From Dudresnaya verticillata (lineage: Eukaryota), in NCBI GenBank assembly GCA_977862235.1, contig OZ374558.1, forward strand, positions 1,798,001 to 1,862,000: a stretch of 64,000 nt of DNA, written 5' to 3'. Shown piece by piece: positions 62,275 to 64,000 of this stretch (the stretch's first letter is position 1; the number at the start of each line of letters is the position of its first letter). The notes under the pieces were generated by a model that did not search any database, had not been told where the DNA came from, and worked only from the letters and a program-made list of their open reading frames with translations. Position numbers and translations under genes: made by a program.

Positions 62275-63045
62275 TTGTTTTGTAAATCTCACTGTGTTTG
62301 GAGCGCTAGCTGCGCTCGATCTCGTGTATATCGCTTTACTCTTCTGTTGCCACTGGGAGCGCGGCCACTACCTCTGCGATCGGTGCGAGGACGAATCTCA
62401 GATGTTTGGTTGAGAACGAATGGATTATGAATGGTCTATGACGCTTGCGTTGAGAGGGTTGGAGGTGGGCGGCATGCTCGCTCAAAAGTTCACGCTTCGT
62501 GTTAAAGCTTCGCTGGGTAAGGAGAGGGGGTTGGGGGCGGCGAATGGGAAGGTTCGTAAATGCCACCTCACTGCGAGCTTCCGCTCGCGGTTATCGGCAA
62601 GTCGGAGGGCGGAAGGCAGGGTATGCCTGGACAATACGGGTGCGCTTCGCGGGCTTGCCAGGGACGTTTACCATTCGGCTCAGATGGAGGCTGGAATGTC
62701 GGCATAGCGTGAGGGGCAGCGGAGGTATTCCTGGAGTATCGATAAGGGGAGCATATGGACAGCGTTGCGTTGATTGTTTGCTGTGTGTGCCGGCAGGCAG
62801 GCGGCAGTGGGCTTGCGCGAGCGCGCGAGTTTCCGCAGTCCTGCGGATAGCTTGTGTTGGATGGATACCGCGGTTTGCCCTTTGCCTCGGGGACCGGAAG
62901 GCTGGATCGTGGGAAAACGTCTTTTTTTACGGCTAGCTCAGGCCAGGGCATTGGATGACTTGGAGTTTTGCAGAGTATCAGAAACTGGCGCGAAAAGTTT
63001 GCCGTGGAAACTCGAGAACAAATTCGTCGGCCGCTTCCAGTCTTG
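62275..63045 (-). mobile_element. Third copy of the LINE-like relic
   Basis: Copy of 48258-49028 at +14017. Confidence 0.55.
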
Positions 63046-63280
63046 ACGAAACGCCCGCATGCTGGGAAAGTTTCTTAACACGTTTATGGGCCTTTCCGCC
63101 CATCTGCGTTGCTTTTCCGCACCCCTGCTACATCAACCTGCTACATTCGCCCACCGTTTTCTCTCTCATAGACCTCCTCTCCCTTTCCACGCAGCCTCCG
63201 CTCGAGTCGCACGTCAGTTGGCGTGTCAACCCATCGGTCCCAAACTGTTCCCAGCCTGCAACCACACCACCGCCGACAAG

Positions 63281-64000
63281 ATGAACTCCCTTGCAAAGGC
63301 CGGCCCTGGTCACCCACAAACAACTGCGATCACCGGGGCTGGACCAAAGCCTCAGAAACGCCATTCCGCCAAGCCCAACAAGGAGACCTCGTATCTCGAC
63401 AAAAGGGCATCGAGCAAGGTCTGTTCAGGCCAAACGGAGCTCACAGCACGGGTGCCCACTGCGCTTGAGCATTCTGATGCATCACGTGCTCAGAAGGATA
63501 GTGTGGTCAGTAATGAGGGCGGCAAACTTCAGCAAAAGCGTCGCTCTTGTAGAGAGGCATACAAACTTGCGGGCTTCCGTCTACCCGAGAAACGACTTCC
63601 GATGCCTGATCCGCTCCCTCTCAAGCCCGTTGTGCGTTTCGCAAAGCCCAGCAGCAAAACTCTGTGGTCCGTGATTCGAGACGACGAGTGCAAGTTGGAA
63701 GAGTTGTTCAAGCGACTTTCCAACCGTCCAGTCTACAACCCCGAAGCGCAAAGGCAGGTTCTCGACATCAGTAAGAAATGCTTCGACGCTGTGTCCCAAC
63801 GCCGTGAAGTTATCAAAGGGGAGCTGAAGTCGTACCAAGAGAAGCTCGTGGTTGTCTGCGATCGGGAGACGAACGCAAACACAAGCGGTAACAAGAAGAG
63901 CTCGAATTCGTGGCAGGTAGTCGAGGAGCGATCATCTGCCACGAAAACCAAGAGGATCGAAGAGGACATTGGGCATCTCCAGAGGATTCTCCGGGAACAG
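63281..64000 (+). CDS. Hypothetical coiled-coil protein, third copy, truncated by the window end
   Basis: Copy of 49264 onward at +14017. Confidence 0.6.
   Translation, partial: MNSLAKAGPGHPQTTAITGAGPKPQKRHSAKPNKETSYLDKRASSKVCSGQTELTARVPTALEHSDASRAQKDSVVSNEGGKLQQKRRSCREAYKLAGFRLPEKRLPMPDPLPLKPVVRFAKPSSKTLWSVIRDDECKLEELFKRLSNRPVYNPEAQRQVLDISKKCFDAVSQRREVIKGELKSYQEKLVVVCDRETNANTSGNKKSSNSWQVVEERSSATKTKRIEEDIGHLQRILREQ

Larger units (their letters stand above)
55051..64000. repeat. Segmental duplication copy 2 (runs off the window)
   Basis: Near-identical to 41034-49983; the first ~200 bp carry more SNPs. Confidence 0.97.

Overview
Eukaryotic, repeat-dominated window. The intron-poor ORFs and transposon types suggest a red alga, but this is inference only. 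Positions 1-24544 are a head-to-tail array of a 2682-bp unit ('U'): 9 complete, almost identical copies plus partial ends. The many short ORFs in the track there are just this repeat. The rest is a mosaic built from a larger module amplified several times: U, CK1-like kinase, CRE fragment, C2H2 zinc-finger pseudogene, LINE relic, coiled-coil ORF, CRE relic, minisatellites, U. It includes a near-identical duplication with a 14,017-bp offset (about 41034-49983 versus 55051-64000). Older U copies are interrupted by three different retroelements. (1) A 5'-truncated CRE-like non-LTR element (RT, CCHC, restriction-like endonuclease; 13-bp TSD) sits exactly at the U head-to-tail junction. (2) A full-length chromodomain Ty3/gypsy element has a WLDD RT, an Asp-to-Ala change at the first RT catalytic residue, a 4-bp TSD and LTRs containing 53-bp hairpin repeats. 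(3) A 0.7-kb LINE-like 3' fragment is also inserted. Most notable: a conserved 3' hairpin plus ATAAAGGTCTC terminus shared by diverged CRE-like elements; a 99-bp target duplication; breakpoint clustering at one ~30-bp site; and a fold-back inversion that destroyed a zinc finger. No rRNA, tRNA, snRNA or CRISPR array could be supported.
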